From a virus: DNA of 64,000 nt. How positions within the stretch are numbered: position 1 is the stretch's first letter; the number at the start of each line of letters is the position of its first letter. Location of the stretch: positions 5,541-69,540 of the IMG/VR virus record IMGVR_UViG_3300035666_000015; one strand, given 5' to 3'. Position numbers and translations under genes: made by a program. Of this stretch, positions 39,028 through 48,797 are shown piece after piece. The notes below the pieces were generated by a model. It saw only the letters and a list, made by a program, of their open reading frames with translations, was not told the origin of the DNA and ran no database searches.

Positions 39028-41091
39028 TCATAGCGATATTGATAAGTTTGGCGTGACTTGATATTGCAAACCACTACCACCAGCACCACCAGCACCGTAT
39101 GGCCAATCAAGATAAACAGAGTTTTTATTCAGCGTAGGCACCCATGCGTCATCATTGATATATTGCTGCTCAAGCGTTGGGCGAGTTGCTGCCGTATCTT
39201 TGGCCCATTTTGCAACCTCTGTATATGTGCCAGTTCCAATGCCCGTTGATTTGACCGCATCAAATAAAACGCCCCACTTAGCCAGTGAAAACTCGGCGTA
39301 TTCGTGGGCGTATATGACAAGTGGAACACCATGCCACATTGCCCAATGACACAGCGCTTGCACTGATCGAGTCAAAATCGCGTCTGTTGATTGGTTTAAA
39401 AAGTTTGTATGCAATCCAAACATTTCCGCAGAACTGTATCCGGATTCTTCAAGCGGGAATTTATAAATTACGTCAGTAATGTTTGTAACAGCAGCTGCTC
39501 CAAGTCGCGCGCCATAAAACCCGGCACGACTGAGAACTTTTGCAGCAATTGTTGAATTCGCACTACCAGCACTCCAAACATGGGTTTTCGGTCTGTAGCC
39601 AGTATTATTAAAAATATCATCAGCAGCACCAGTCACTTCCCAATCGACCAGCCGATCGGCATCAATAATCAGATTATTAGACGCTGTTTTGATGTTTGCG
39701 ATATCAACATCTGCTAAACATCTAGCGGGAACAGCATCAGCTGGTGACGTACCTAGCGTTGCAATGGTTGCCGTATAACTGTTGGCGTTTAAAAGCCCGA
39801 CAATGCCGGAAATGGTCATGCCGGATTGCATCAGATCATAATTCAGTGTTGGCGTTGCGCTACCGTTGTGAAATGTTTGCAAACGATTCGCCGCTATAAC
39901 GAATCTCACTGTTGTTGCTGCGCCTGTGTATTGCGCGGTTAATCCATTGCCGCCACCGTGTCGCATGTGGCAGCCTGTCCGCCCGTGCGTTGCAAGGTCG
40001 TGGCCCCTATCGATGACGGATTTAATTTCCAGCCATTGTGCAGGAGATATAGCGTTGGGGTTGTCGCCTTCGCGGGTTGTGTTTGCATATGTTCCGCGCA
40101 ATCCGCGAGATTCCAGAGCATCTAACCATGATGACAATTCACCTGGGAACACTCCGCCTGTCACATATGCCTCAATATCATCACGGATAAAACAGACCAT
40201 GCTGCCGCGCCGGGACTTGTTAAATATTTTGCCAGATTCACCCGCAGGCCCTTTGACCAATGAATCTAAAGTGTTTGAGCCGCCGCCAGAATTAACAAAC
40301 CCAAGGTTAAACGGTGTTGAATCAAGCACGGGATACGTGACAACGCCGCCTTTTATAGCCGCTGTACCTGTACCAGTGTTAAGGTGTACATCACGCGCAG
40401 CTAATTTGCCGCCACCTATTAAAATTGGGTTGTTGTGCTCTGTTGAAGCGCCGTTTTGTGTCAGCCAATTGACGTTTGTATGACCGCCCGATAACAATCT
40501 GAATGTTTTGACGACTGTATTTGCACCGTCCGATCGACTATACAAAGCATGATTTTCATCGCGAGTGTCATAAATATGCACCTGACCGCCAACGCCAAGG
40601 GCATCAATCCTGTGTCCAATGTTGCAGCGTGTGAAATGATTTCGTCGCAGAATAACTGTCGATGTAATGCCAGCCGCTGTCAGTAAGGCATCGCCCGCGC
40701 AATCGTGTACATAGTTGTCAGCCATTGCTCCATCTGCAATATTCGCATTGATTCGGAATGCATAGGTTGAAACCTTGGTTTTACTAATATCGCATTTTCT
40801 AACCGCTGAATTTGCGTGCTCTAACCTGAACACATAAGAGCCTGACATATTTGTGCCGTCGATGTAAATCTTATCAGATCCCCACGGTTCAAAAATCACG
40901 CCTTTCGTATCCGATATATTGGCAGCAACCATAAACGGCGCTGATTTTGTTGTTTTTAACAAAATCGTATCGCCAGCCGTTGCTGCTGTGTAAGCGGATA
41001 CAACGTTAGTCCATGGATCTAACTCTGTGCCTGTGCCTGTGTTTGTGCCAACACCAGCCGAAACTGTGCAATCTACATATCTAGTCGCCAT
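39028..41091 (-). CDS. beta-helix plus NodB/CE4 polysaccharide deacetylase-like protein
   Basis: N-terminal AGDTILLK beta-helix; C-terminal CFIRDD, RGLRGTY, GHDLATHG and IYAH resemble CE4 motifs. Confidence 0.7.
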   Translation of the reverse strand: MATRYVDCTVSAGVGTNTGTGTELDPWTNVVSAYTAATAGDTILLKTTKSAPFMVAANISDTKGVIFEPWGSDKIYIDGTNMSGSYVFRLEHANSAVRKCDISKTKVSTYAFRINANIADGAMADNYVHDCAGDALLTAAGITSTVILRRNHFTRCNIGHRIDALGVGGQVHIYDTRDENHALYSRSDGANTVVKTFRLLSGGHTNVNWLTQNGASTEHNNPILIGGGKLAARDVHLNTGTGTAAIKGGVVTYPVLDSTPFNLGFVNSGGGSNTLDSLVKGPAGESGKIFNKSRRGSMVCFIRDDIEAYVTGGVFPGELSSWLDALESRGLRGTYANTTREGDNPNAISPAQWLEIKSVIDRGHDLATHGRTGCHMRHGGGNGLTAQYTGAATTVRFVIAANRLQTFHNGSATPTLNYDLMQSGMTISGIVGLLNANSYTATIATLGTSPADAVPARCLADVDIANIKTASNNLIIDADRLVDWEVTGAADDIFNNTGYRPKTHVWSAGSANSTIAAKVLSRAGFYGARLGAAAVTNITDVIYKFPLEESGYSSAEMFGLHTNFLNQSTDAILTRSVQALCHWAMWHGVPLVIYAHEYAEFSLAKWGVLFDAVKSTGIGTGTYTEVAKWAKDTAATRPTLEQQYINDDAWVPTLNKNSVYLDWPYGAGGAGGSGLQYQVTPNLSISL

Positions 41092-41585
41092 TATGCAGCC
41101 CCCACAGTCACACCAGATAATTGACCGCCGCTATAGGTGAATGTTTTAACGACCCCACCGCCTGTTACTGTTGCAAGATTCCCACCACTGTAGGTCGCTG
41201 TGTAGTCTATATTATCCTCTGTCCAACTGAGCAAACCATTGGCACCATAAACCATGTTTGATAACGCTCCCACATCCCAACTAATACCATCGCTCGTGTA
41301 AAGATTTTTACCAACCTGAGCCACACCAACTCCAAATTCAGCAGCTGAGGGTAATTGAGCTACTTGCTGGATGTTAGCGTTAACTTGTTGTCCAAGGTAT
41401 TCACTGAGGAAATCTTGATGCGCAGTGCTTTTGAACACTGGGACCCCGTTTACGATCTCAGGATCACCTAGCCGTTTCAAAGCTTCAAAGGCAACCAATG
41501 TGCCTGACCAGCTTCTGGAGCCATTAACTGCGGTGACGTTAGTACCATCATTGCTAGTTAATAGCCAATTTGAATTTTTTAACAT
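41091..41585 (-). CDS. hypothetical protein, paralog of 36743..37045
   Basis: Shared N- and C-terminal blocks with a ~65-aa insert. Confidence 0.7.
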   Translation of the reverse strand: MLKNSNWLLTSNDGTNVTAVNGSRSWSGTLVAFEALKRLGDPEIVNGVPVFKSTAHQDFLSEYLGQQVNANIQQVAQLPSAAEFGVGVAQVGKNLYTSDGISWDVGALSNMVYGANGLLSWTEDNIDYTATYSGGNLATVTGGGVVKTFTYSGGQLSGVTVGAA

Positions 41586-41600
41586 TAAATCTCCCCTAAA

Positions 41601-41912
41601 TTACTGTAAGTTCTTTTCCACAACAAATTCACCTATCTCACTACTCCAGCTACCGCTAGGTAGCGTGACCTTACCCTGGACCTTCCAAGTACGATCTTGG
41701 TCTAGAAATCCAGCTTCAGTAACATACCTAATCAGTCCATCAGAGCCGTTAGTGGAAAATTGTGCCGTCTTCACAACGACAGATTTGTCAGGTTTTTGAA
41801 AAATTAATTGTTTAATGGTAGCAGTAGATAGACCAGGAAGAGGTTGCCCATTTTCAAGTAGCTCAACCTCAATAACTGTCCCAGTATCGCCTACATGAAA
41901 ATCTGCTGGCAT
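41601..41912 (-). CDS. BppU-N-like structural domain protein
   Basis: GDTGTVIEV...FQKPD...DGLIRY...W.VQGKV pattern. Confidence 0.6.
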   Translation of the reverse strand: MPADFHVGDTGTVIEVELLENGQPLPGLSTATIKQLIFQKPDKSVVVKTAQFSTNGSDGLIRYVTEAGFLDQDRTWKVQGKVTLPSGSWSSEIGEFVVEKNLQ

Positions 41913-41914
41913 TA

Positions 41915-42784
41915 TTATGACTCCAAATGTAATGTTAAACGCTTATTAACAGCTAGTAATAATTTAGTTCCAGTGCTCAGCATCGTGATATTACTAATTC
42001 GTAATGTCTTCTTAATTAGCAGCTCTTGGCTTAAAGATCTGGAGATCACGCTAGTAGACCTTTTACTGCGACCAATTGTTGATCCAATTCTCGAGGAACG
42101 ATTAACTACCAGGCTGAATCTTTGTATATCTGCTGGGGCTACTTGTGAAACACCTACTTCACCAGAGGTAACTTCGTTATTTTGAGAAGCATCTGCGCCT
42201 GTCAGCACGTGTGATTGAGCAATATCACCCACTGATGTCTGAGAATCTTGGATGCCACTGTCACCGGCTAGACCGTGAAGTTGAGAAAGTGTGTCTACTG
42301 AGGATTCAGCAGATTGCTCAACGCTGTCCCCAGTCAAAGAGACTATACTAGTGATAGAAATTTGACCATCGGTTGCACTACTATCTTGAGCTGAATTCAA
42401 TCCAGACAATATATTGATCTGTTCTATAGCCGCTGAACTCGCAGAACTATCTTGACTAGCTGATTGTCCAGCTAAGTCGAATATTTCACCAATAGCCCCT
42501 ACACCTGATTCTGCAACTTGTATAGCATCGAGACCGGTAAGGTCTATTATCTGTGATATACTGCCAACAGAAGCTTCATTGTTCTGTAAGGAATTAGCAC
42601 CAGTTAAGTCTACTGAAGTAATTGCATTGTATATAAACGCAACCTCACCACCAAGCAGTAGTGAGATTTTTGAGGGATACGTTGTTGTATTTAGTATCTG
42701 TGCAGAAGCTTTTTCCAACACTAGTGATGTAGGAGTGATTGCTGCTGGAGACAGTTTAAATACTACATCACTACTTATTTGCAT
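41915..42784 (-). CDS. repeat-rich putative structural protein
   Basis: About six ~22-aa repeats of the form L(T/A)G.....Q....... Confidence 0.6.
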   Translation of the reverse strand: MQISSDVVFKLSPAAITPTSLVLEKASAQILNTTTYPSKISLLLGGEVAFIYNAITSVDLTGANSLQNNEASVGSISQIIDLTGLDAIQVAESGVGAIGEIFDLAGQSASQDSSASSAAIEQINILSGLNSAQDSSATDGQISITSIVSLTGDSVEQSAESSVDTLSQLHGLAGDSGIQDSQTSVGDIAQSHVLTGADASQNNEVTSGEVGVSQVAPADIQRFSLVVNRSSRIGSTIGRSKRSTSVISRSLSQELLIKKTLRISNITMLSTGTKLLLAVNKRLTLHLES

Positions 42785-42785
42785 T

Positions 42786-44939
42786 TTAGGTTGCGCTCAC
42801 TTTCGCGTATATCTCAACACCATTTGGCAAACCAGCTGATGGTATGAAGCGTCTTCTGAGACCAGAAGTATTTCCACCAAGCCCATTTACCCATGTAGTA
42901 CCGTTGTGATACTGCCAATTTCCATTAGCAGTGCTATTACTATCTTGTACGAGCACTGCTGCGTTAGTATCAGCCCGATAATAGGTAATTGAAAGACTCG
43001 TCAAAGTTGTGAATACAACAGATTGAACAACTCCGAGTGTGCCATCAGCATTGTTTGAATCACTCAAATTCCAGCGAAGTTCTGGTGGTAGTGAATCGTC
43101 TGCATCATACAACACACCTAGCGAGTGTATTCTTGCTGGAATAGCACTAGCACCCATTGTTCTAAATTCAAACATGAATTGTATATATGCGCTCCCATCT
43201 ACACCAGATAAATCTCCGTCATTGTCCACTAATGTCCATGCTCCAGAGTTATCAGCAATACCCGCAGTTCTATAATAGAGTTTATAAGGTTCAGGCGGTA
43301 TACCTAAGTTACTCCCAGAAGCTGCTCCAATTATACGATCACTGGCTGTAAATGCTTTTGAAAACTTATTAACACCTGGCACCGCAATTCTTGGGCTTAT
43401 AATCCTACAACCTGTTGATGCAGCATATTCCCAATCTGCCCCAATCGGGGAGCCATATAGCCAACCGAATGTTGTGCTATTATTCGCTAGGTACGCCATA
43501 CCGCCCTCGACCCAAGGTTGTAAAGCTGCTGAGGTGTGTATGCTAATGGGAGCGTCGGGTGACGCGTTAGTGCCATTTTGTAATCTTGATGTATTGTAGA
43601 CCATGCGATCGAAAGGAGAAGAGTCTGTCTTATACTCAGTAAGAAAACTGCCCCATATAACACCGGAAGGTGTGGTCGTTGTGATTAAGAACTTATCTAT
43701 TGATGAAGCGTAATCAAACGCCGACAATGCACCCGATGAAGCCTGTGTTGCGCTCCCTCCAGTAGCAATTTCTACCATCATATCTCCAGCCGATATAAAA
43801 GTAGTATCTCCTGTACCTATCAGGCTTAATGCTTTTGTTCTATATAATCGAGTGGTGGTTATGAAATATAGGCACTCTACTCCCATTCCAGGGCCATGTC
43901 CTGCACTAACAACCTTTGCATTAGATGTTTGTGCAACGGTGCCTGTTAAAGTAGCAGAAACAGCAGTAGAATATTGAAATGCTGTAGTATCAGCTCCAGA
44001 AGTCAACGTAAGTGCTGCTCTTATATTAAACTTGAATAGCTGACATGTAGAAGTACCATTTGCAAACCAAGCCATTTGCGATTGAAAACTAGTTTTCGTC
44101 TGCAACCCAATACCGGTATTAACGGTTTCGGTGATAGTTGCAGCAGACTTTAACCAATAGCAAGCTCTTATATTATCTACAGTTGTAGCAGCGGGTATTG
44201 CGAGACCACCAGACAAGAAGTTCTCAACTCTTAAGCCTTTAACTACAAACAATCCACCATTAGTAGTAGTTGCATTCGTGTTTCCGAGAATCAACCGCAG
44301 GTCTTCAATCACATACGGCGTACCAGCGGCAATGGTCCCTGCTGAAGCTGTCAGTGTGATTCCTGTATTGGAACCAATAGCACTTATCTCATACCATGTC
44401 GTAATTTCAGATGGATCAGTTGATCCGAAGCCTATTCTATTTCCAACACAAGCTCTGTCTGTTTGCCAAGAGGTTCCTACACCTGTTACAGCAGTACCAC
44501 TTGCGGAAATTGTTCCAGCAGTGTGTAGGTCGTAGGTATTGCATAAGGAAACGATAGAAGCATTCGTAGCTACAGGAAAAGTTACTGTAATAAATCCTTT
44601 CCAAGTAAGAGTAGCCGTTAATCTGTCTTCTTCATAAAGAACAATCCTACGTGTCGCGCCAGCAGTTGCATTGTCGGCAAAGAACACCCAATCTTTCATA
44701 CTGGTGGGTGTGTTGCTCCAACGCATCGCTGTAGGTGCGCGTAAAGGTATTGCAGTACTGGCTTCTAGAGGCCTACCTAGCTGTAATGGTAAGGGGCCTG
44801 TCCAGTTATCTTCTGGAGTAACCCCACTCATTTGCGTCATTAATGGACCTAAGCCTAATTTGTCAGGGTCGTAAGTCTCCATGCCTAACCGATAACTCAG
44901 TAAGTTACCAAAATCTATTTTTTCCGCTGCATAGCTCAT
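42786..44939 (-). CDS. large beta-rich putative structural/fiber protein
   Basis: 717 aa, Thr/Gly-rich, with GTISASGTAVTGVGTSW fiber-type motif. Confidence 0.6.
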   Translation of the reverse strand: MSYAAEKIDFGNLLSYRLGMETYDPDKLGLGPLMTQMSGVTPEDNWTGPLPLQLGRPLEASTAIPLRAPTAMRWSNTPTSMKDWVFFADNATAGATRRIVLYEEDRLTATLTWKGFITVTFPVATNASIVSLCNTYDLHTAGTISASGTAVTGVGTSWQTDRACVGNRIGFGSTDPSEITTWYEISAIGSNTGITLTASAGTIAAGTPYVIEDLRLILGNTNATTTNGGLFVVKGLRVENFLSGGLAIPAATTVDNIRACYWLKSAATITETVNTGIGLQTKTSFQSQMAWFANGTSTCQLFKFNIRAALTLTSGADTTAFQYSTAVSATLTGTVAQTSNAKVVSAGHGPGMGVECLYFITTTRLYRTKALSLIGTGDTTFISAGDMMVEIATGGSATQASSGALSAFDYASSIDKFLITTTTPSGVIWGSFLTEYKTDSSPFDRMVYNTSRLQNGTNASPDAPISIHTSAALQPWVEGGMAYLANNSTTFGWLYGSPIGADWEYAASTGCRIISPRIAVPGVNKFSKAFTASDRIIGAASGSNLGIPPEPYKLYYRTAGIADNSGAWTLVDNDGDLSGVDGSAYIQFMFEFRTMGASAIPARIHSLGVLYDADDSLPPELRWNLSDSNNADGTLGVVQSVVFTTLTSLSITYYRADTNAAVLVQDSNSTANGNWQYHNGTTWVNGLGGNTSGLRRRFIPSAGLPNGVEIYAKVSAT

Positions 44940-45364
44940 GCAAACTCTCCTGTTTCAATGAATTGTGCCTGAAATGCACAAGAAACACCGTCTGCATTTT
45001 GGACTTCTACTAAAGCTGTTGATGCGTACGTGCCTGTTGTTTTTACAACCCAAGAAGCATCATGAAAACAAGGCTTTCCGCTACTAAGCACAATAGTTGG
45101 AATTGCTAAATCACCTTCAACTATTGATCCCAGTATTTCATCTGCTCTGCCTGGAGATAATAATCCCGCTGCTTCAAAAGCATGTACTCCAGCAATAACA
45201 GAAGGCTCACTAGTGTCAATTGCAGTCCCATCGCTGTCTGGCGTTAAATTGTTAAATTTAAATAACCACACCTCAATAGCCGACACAGTCTTTTCTGCAG
45301 CTAGTATAGCAGTAACTTCTTCAGTTGTGAATCTATTAATGAACTGTTGCTTAGTCAGTCTCAT
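44936..45364 (-). CDS. hypothetical protein
   Basis: LTKQQFINRFT...AGLLSPGRADEIL, a pattern seen in phage tail-region proteins. Confidence 0.6.
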   Translation of the reverse strand: MRLTKQQFINRFTTEEVTAILAAEKTVSAIEVWLFKFNNLTPDSDGTAIDTSEPSVIAGVHAFEAAGLLSPGRADEILGSIVEGDLAIPTIVLSSGKPCFHDASWVVKTTGTYASTALVEVQNADGVSCAFQAQFIETGEFA

Positions 45365-45369
45365 TTGAG

Positions 45370-45756
45370 TTACACGGGTTGTTTATTTGTGTATGTCAGT
45401 GAGGGAAATGTAGTAATATTCCCAACAGTAACTGTCTGTCCTGAGCTTTCAGTTGTCACCCATAGGACTTTAGAGTTTGCAGTATCTACAAAAGCGAAGT
45501 GTGTAGGATCACCTGTATTATTAGCAGCGGTATCCTGCTTACCAGCTGAGAAAGTCAATACACGATCATTACCACTAGTACTTAGTACGAAATCTCCGGA
45601 TGTTAGTGTAGCCTCTGCTACAATATTTCCAGCTGTCATAACTGTGGCATAGCTATCACCACTCGTATAAGCTATCACTGCGACAACTTTGTTACAATTA
45701 TTCTTTATATAGTTCAGACCATTGTCTAAAACATCTTGATGTGCCCATTTAGCCAT
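45370..45756 (-). CDS. putative structural protein
   Basis: MAKWAHQDVLDNGL...GDPTHFA; GAGG SD. Confidence 0.65.
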   Translation of the reverse strand: MAKWAHQDVLDNGLNYIKNNCNKVVAVIAYTSGDSYATVMTAGNIVAEATLTSGDFVLSTSGNDRVLTFSAGKQDTAANNTGDPTHFAFVDTANSKVLWVTTESSGQTVTVGNITTFPSLTYTNKQPV

Positions 45757-45771
45757 AAAACCTCTTGTGAC

Positions 45772-47193
45772 CTAATAATTCTTACTTTTATGAGACCCTG
45801 CTCTACCGAGCAAGATAGGATATTTGTATTCACAGAAGTATCGCACACCATCAGAGAAATGTTCTTCACCTTCTGTCTTATCAATGATTGCACCATCTTT
45901 ATCTGCCCAGACAGTACGCTCCATAGAACGAATTGTTTTAACTTGTTTGGGAGAGAAATACATAGAAGTCTCGCCACTAGCTGTCAATAGTTTACGATTA
46001 ACCGCATTAGCACTATCCACAATAGGAGGTGACTTCTTATGAGCCAACACCGTAAATCCCATTGATTGCAAGATTGATAAATCAGTCCTGCCAACAGGTG
46101 TAGATGTCTTGCGAGATTTGCCAGTAGGGTCTGGATAAGCATATACTTTAAAAGGCAAGCCATTAACTCTTCGTTTAATAGCTTCCGGTGAGGAAGTATC
46201 TAGATTTGGAATAAAGCGATTTAAAATGGCAATGCCTAGTGTCTCTGTGTCAGGATGCCCAAAACACTCATCAATGCCAAGTATCACGTCATCACGTATG
46301 ACATACATACTAGTGGCTTGGATATCAACGTTAAAGTCGATAGCGCAATGTACATCCTCATCAGGAAATCTTTCCAAATCTTCATCAAGCACATGAATCG
46401 CTCTATCGAAGCAGTAAAATACGCTCTTACCTGACTCTTTAAAATCAGCACCATACTCAGATGACCAAGATACTGGATCCATCTCTGACTTGAGTGCTTC
46501 AATCTCAGCAGGATCAAGCTCAGGAGATGTCGTATAATCAAACTTATTGAACACCCACTCATTAGACACAGTGTGCATCTGACACAGATCATAGAAGAAA
46601 TTGAATCCTTCAGGAGTAGATATCATCATACCCTTACCTGATGTAAGCTTAAGTGCTGCTTCTACATGTCTATCAGTAGACCTCTTATCATTCAAGATAC
46701 GCTCTTTAATCGCTGATGTCTTCATCACAGACCAACGAGTATTGATGCAAGGTCTTATAATCTTCTCCCAAGCTTGCTTAGGTTTCATACCTTTCTTGCA
46801 GCTTGAGACTTCGTCCCATAACACAAAGAATGCACCTTTACCACGCATCCTTTCAACACTCTCATATGAAATCAAACGTAATTTTGTGTTATTTGGAAAT
46901 AATGCTCTACCATCACTTTCGGAAGAGCTTTTAGCTATTCTTGACAATTGTAACTCATCAAATAACACAGGCCAGTAGATGTCAACTGCCTGGTCAAATG
47001 TTGGTCCAATCACATATACACGCTTGTTAGGCACCCAAGCAGGTAACTCCATCAGTTGTTGAATAGCTATTCTAACCGCCGAAGCACCTGCATAGGTCTT
47101 ACCCCAACCCCTTGAACAACAGTCAGTCGAAAACCTGGTATCTGTGAAGAGCAATTGTCTGACAACACGAGATTGACCAGGATGCAACTTCAT
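45772..47193 (-). CDS. terL: terminase large subunit
   Basis: Walker A SRGWGKT, Walker B FVLWDE, ISTPEG, nuclease AIDFN and HFSDGVRY. Confidence 0.95.
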   Translation of the reverse strand: MKLHPGQSRVVRQLLFTDTRFSTDCCSRGWGKTYAGASAVRIAIQQLMELPAWVPNKRVYVIGPTFDQAVDIYWPVLFDELQLSRIAKSSSESDGRALFPNNTKLRLISYESVERMRGKGAFFVLWDEVSSCKKGMKPKQAWEKIIRPCINTRWSVMKTSAIKERILNDKRSTDRHVEAALKLTSGKGMMISTPEGFNFFYDLCQMHTVSNEWVFNKFDYTTSPELDPAEIEALKSEMDPVSWSSEYGADFKESGKSVFYCFDRAIHVLDEDLERFPDEDVHCAIDFNVDIQATSMYVIRDDVILGIDECFGHPDTETLGIAILNRFIPNLDTSSPEAIKRRVNGLPFKVYAYPDPTGKSRKTSTPVGRTDLSILQSMGFTVLAHKKSPPIVDSANAVNRKLLTASGETSMYFSPKQVKTIRSMERTVWADKDGAIIDKTEGEEHFSDGVRYFCEYKYPILLGRAGSHKSKNY

Positions 47194-47708
47194 TTTTGTA
47201 ACCGTTTTCCCGCTCTTTGCATAGAGGAGCCAACACCTCGTACAATCGCAGAACCAAAGCTAGCTTCCACAGGTCTGGCAGCCCCCAACACAAATCCAGC
47301 AATTTTGCCTACTTTCTGTGATCTTCTTAGAAATTTAGTAGCATTCTTTACAGCGGCTTCTGCTTTCGCTTGCGCAGCTTTCGTGGCAGGCCTACTCAAT
47401 TCACGTTGTAAAGCTTTATTAAAACTTACTACTGACTTCGCTTTATTCAACTCTCTAATCCCTTTTGGAGTGTATTTAACAAGTGCCTGTCCTTTACGAA
47501 GCTTATAAGCCATACCCAAGCTACCAATCACAGAACCAGCAATGAACCCTCTTGCAGTACCAGTGGCGATACTTGCTGCTTTTTGACTAGCTCGAGATCC
47601 AATAACTTTTCCAGAATTCTCGATGCCCTTACCAGCACCTCTCCTAGCACGTTTTAATCCTTCAGAGATCGCTTTCTTCCAGGCATCATCCATACGTCTT
47701 CCACTCAT
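47190..47708 (-). CDS. basic Gly/Ala-rich protein, paralog of 38421..38861
   Basis: Near-identical N-terminus and similar C-terminus. Confidence 0.75.
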   Translation of the reverse strand: MSGRRMDDAWKKAISEGLKRARRGAGKGIENSGKVIGSRASQKAASIATGTARGFIAGSVIGSLGMAYKLRKGQALVKYTPKGIRELNKAKSVVSFNKALQRELSRPATKAAQAKAEAAVKNATKFLRRSQKVGKIAGFVLGAARPVEASFGSAIVRGVGSSMQRAGKRLQK

Positions 47709-47835
47709 AATTCACTCCAAGTCTCTCATCACTGTATCAAGTAATGCACTAAAACAATCACGAATGTTTGAGCACACATTAGTACACAAACACATAAATA
47801 TCCAACACAACCATATAAGGCTGACTAAAATTGCT

Positions 47836-48267
47836 CTAATTAGTTTCATCTGTAAATATTATTGGCAACATTGGTACATCTTCATCTTCATCACTAGCAA
47901 CAACTTCTGTAACTCTACCATAAGCAAAGCGCATAAGTTCTTTAGCAACACTCACTTGTGCATTATCCACTGCCAACACATCCTCATTCTTAACATAGAT
48001 TGGCTTTCCAGTTTTATTGTTGAGTTCCAAAACAGCACCAGATCTTCGTTGTTCTAGATATTGTCTTTCATTCTGCAATTCCATAAACTTACGTACTAGT
48101 GCTTCACAAGGATCAAAATCTAGCTGTTCTAAGCGTCTTCGAGAATCACGCTCCAATCTTCGTTTTCTTGTTAACACAGCACCATTCTCATCGTAAGTTG
48201 CTGGTCTTCCAGGAGGCTCAGGGTTGTGTTGACTGAAGACCTCTTCAGGGTCTTTAAAATCAAACAT
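47836..48267 (-). CDS. putative terminase small subunit
   Basis: PPGRP N-terminal motif, helical body, first late gene upstream of terL; GAGG SD. Confidence 0.55.
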   Translation of the reverse strand: MFDFKDPEEVFSQHNPEPPGRPATYDENGAVLTRKRRLERDSRRRLEQLDFDPCEALVRKFMELQNERQYLEQRRSGAVLELNNKTGKPIYVKNEDVLAVDNAQVSVAKELMRFAYGRVTEVVASDEDEDVPMLPIIFTDETN

Positions 48268-48307
48268 ATTGACCTCGACTAAGATATATTATTTAGATAA
48301 CTAAATA

Positions 48308-48393
48308 AATAACTTAAAAATAATAATTAATAACTTAAAAATAATAATTAATAACTTAAAAATAATAATTAATAACTTAAAAATAAAATAATT
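48308..48393. repeat. 21-bp AT-rich tandem repeat AATAACTTAAAAATAATAATT, three perfect copies plus a degenerate fourth
   Basis: Copies start at 48308, 48329, 48350 and 48371; further partial copies to ~48460. Confidence 0.9.
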
Positions 48394-48573
48394 AATAACA
48401 TATTAACACTATATTAATAACTTAAAAATAACATATTAATAACTGAATAATAACTAAGAAGTAACTAGCTAATTTCGTTTAAGTTACCTTCTTTAAGTAT
48501 TATATTAATATCCATATTGGTACTTCTTTAGTTATTTTCTAGAATAACTCATCTTCTTTAGCTAAGAAGAAGC

Positions 48574-48598
48574 AAAAAAAAAAAAAAAAAAAAAAAAA
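48574..48598 (+). repeat. A25 homopolymer
   Basis: Direct count. Confidence 0.9.
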
Positions 48599-48717
48599 CT
48601 CTTCTCGCTCCTCGCTCCATTAATTTACCTGCTGCTCCTTCTATCGTGTATTAGAAGCTTTCCAAAAATCAACTTATCGAACTTCCAGAAGGTCTTCAAA
48701 ATACTGCCCTTCGCAAG

Positions 48718-48742
48718 AAAAAAAAAAAAAAAAAAAAAAAAA
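48718..48742 (+). repeat. A25 homopolymer
   Basis: Direct count. Confidence 0.9.
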
Positions 48743-48744
48743 TA

Positions 48745-48795
48745 GTGAAAGAACCCACCCCAGAAGCCCGAAGGCCTCCAGAGTGAGTTTTTTTA
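48745..48795 (-). terminator. long hairpin terminator closing the replication block
   Basis: AACTCACTCTGGAGGCC-TTCG-GGCTTCTGGGGTGGGTT followed by T-rich sequence and T25. Confidence 0.75.
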
Positions 48796-48797
48796 GG

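Noticed and set aside
48308-48460. 21-bp repeats as a CRISPR array
   Set aside because: Copies are directly adjacent with no unique spacers, and no cas genes are present.
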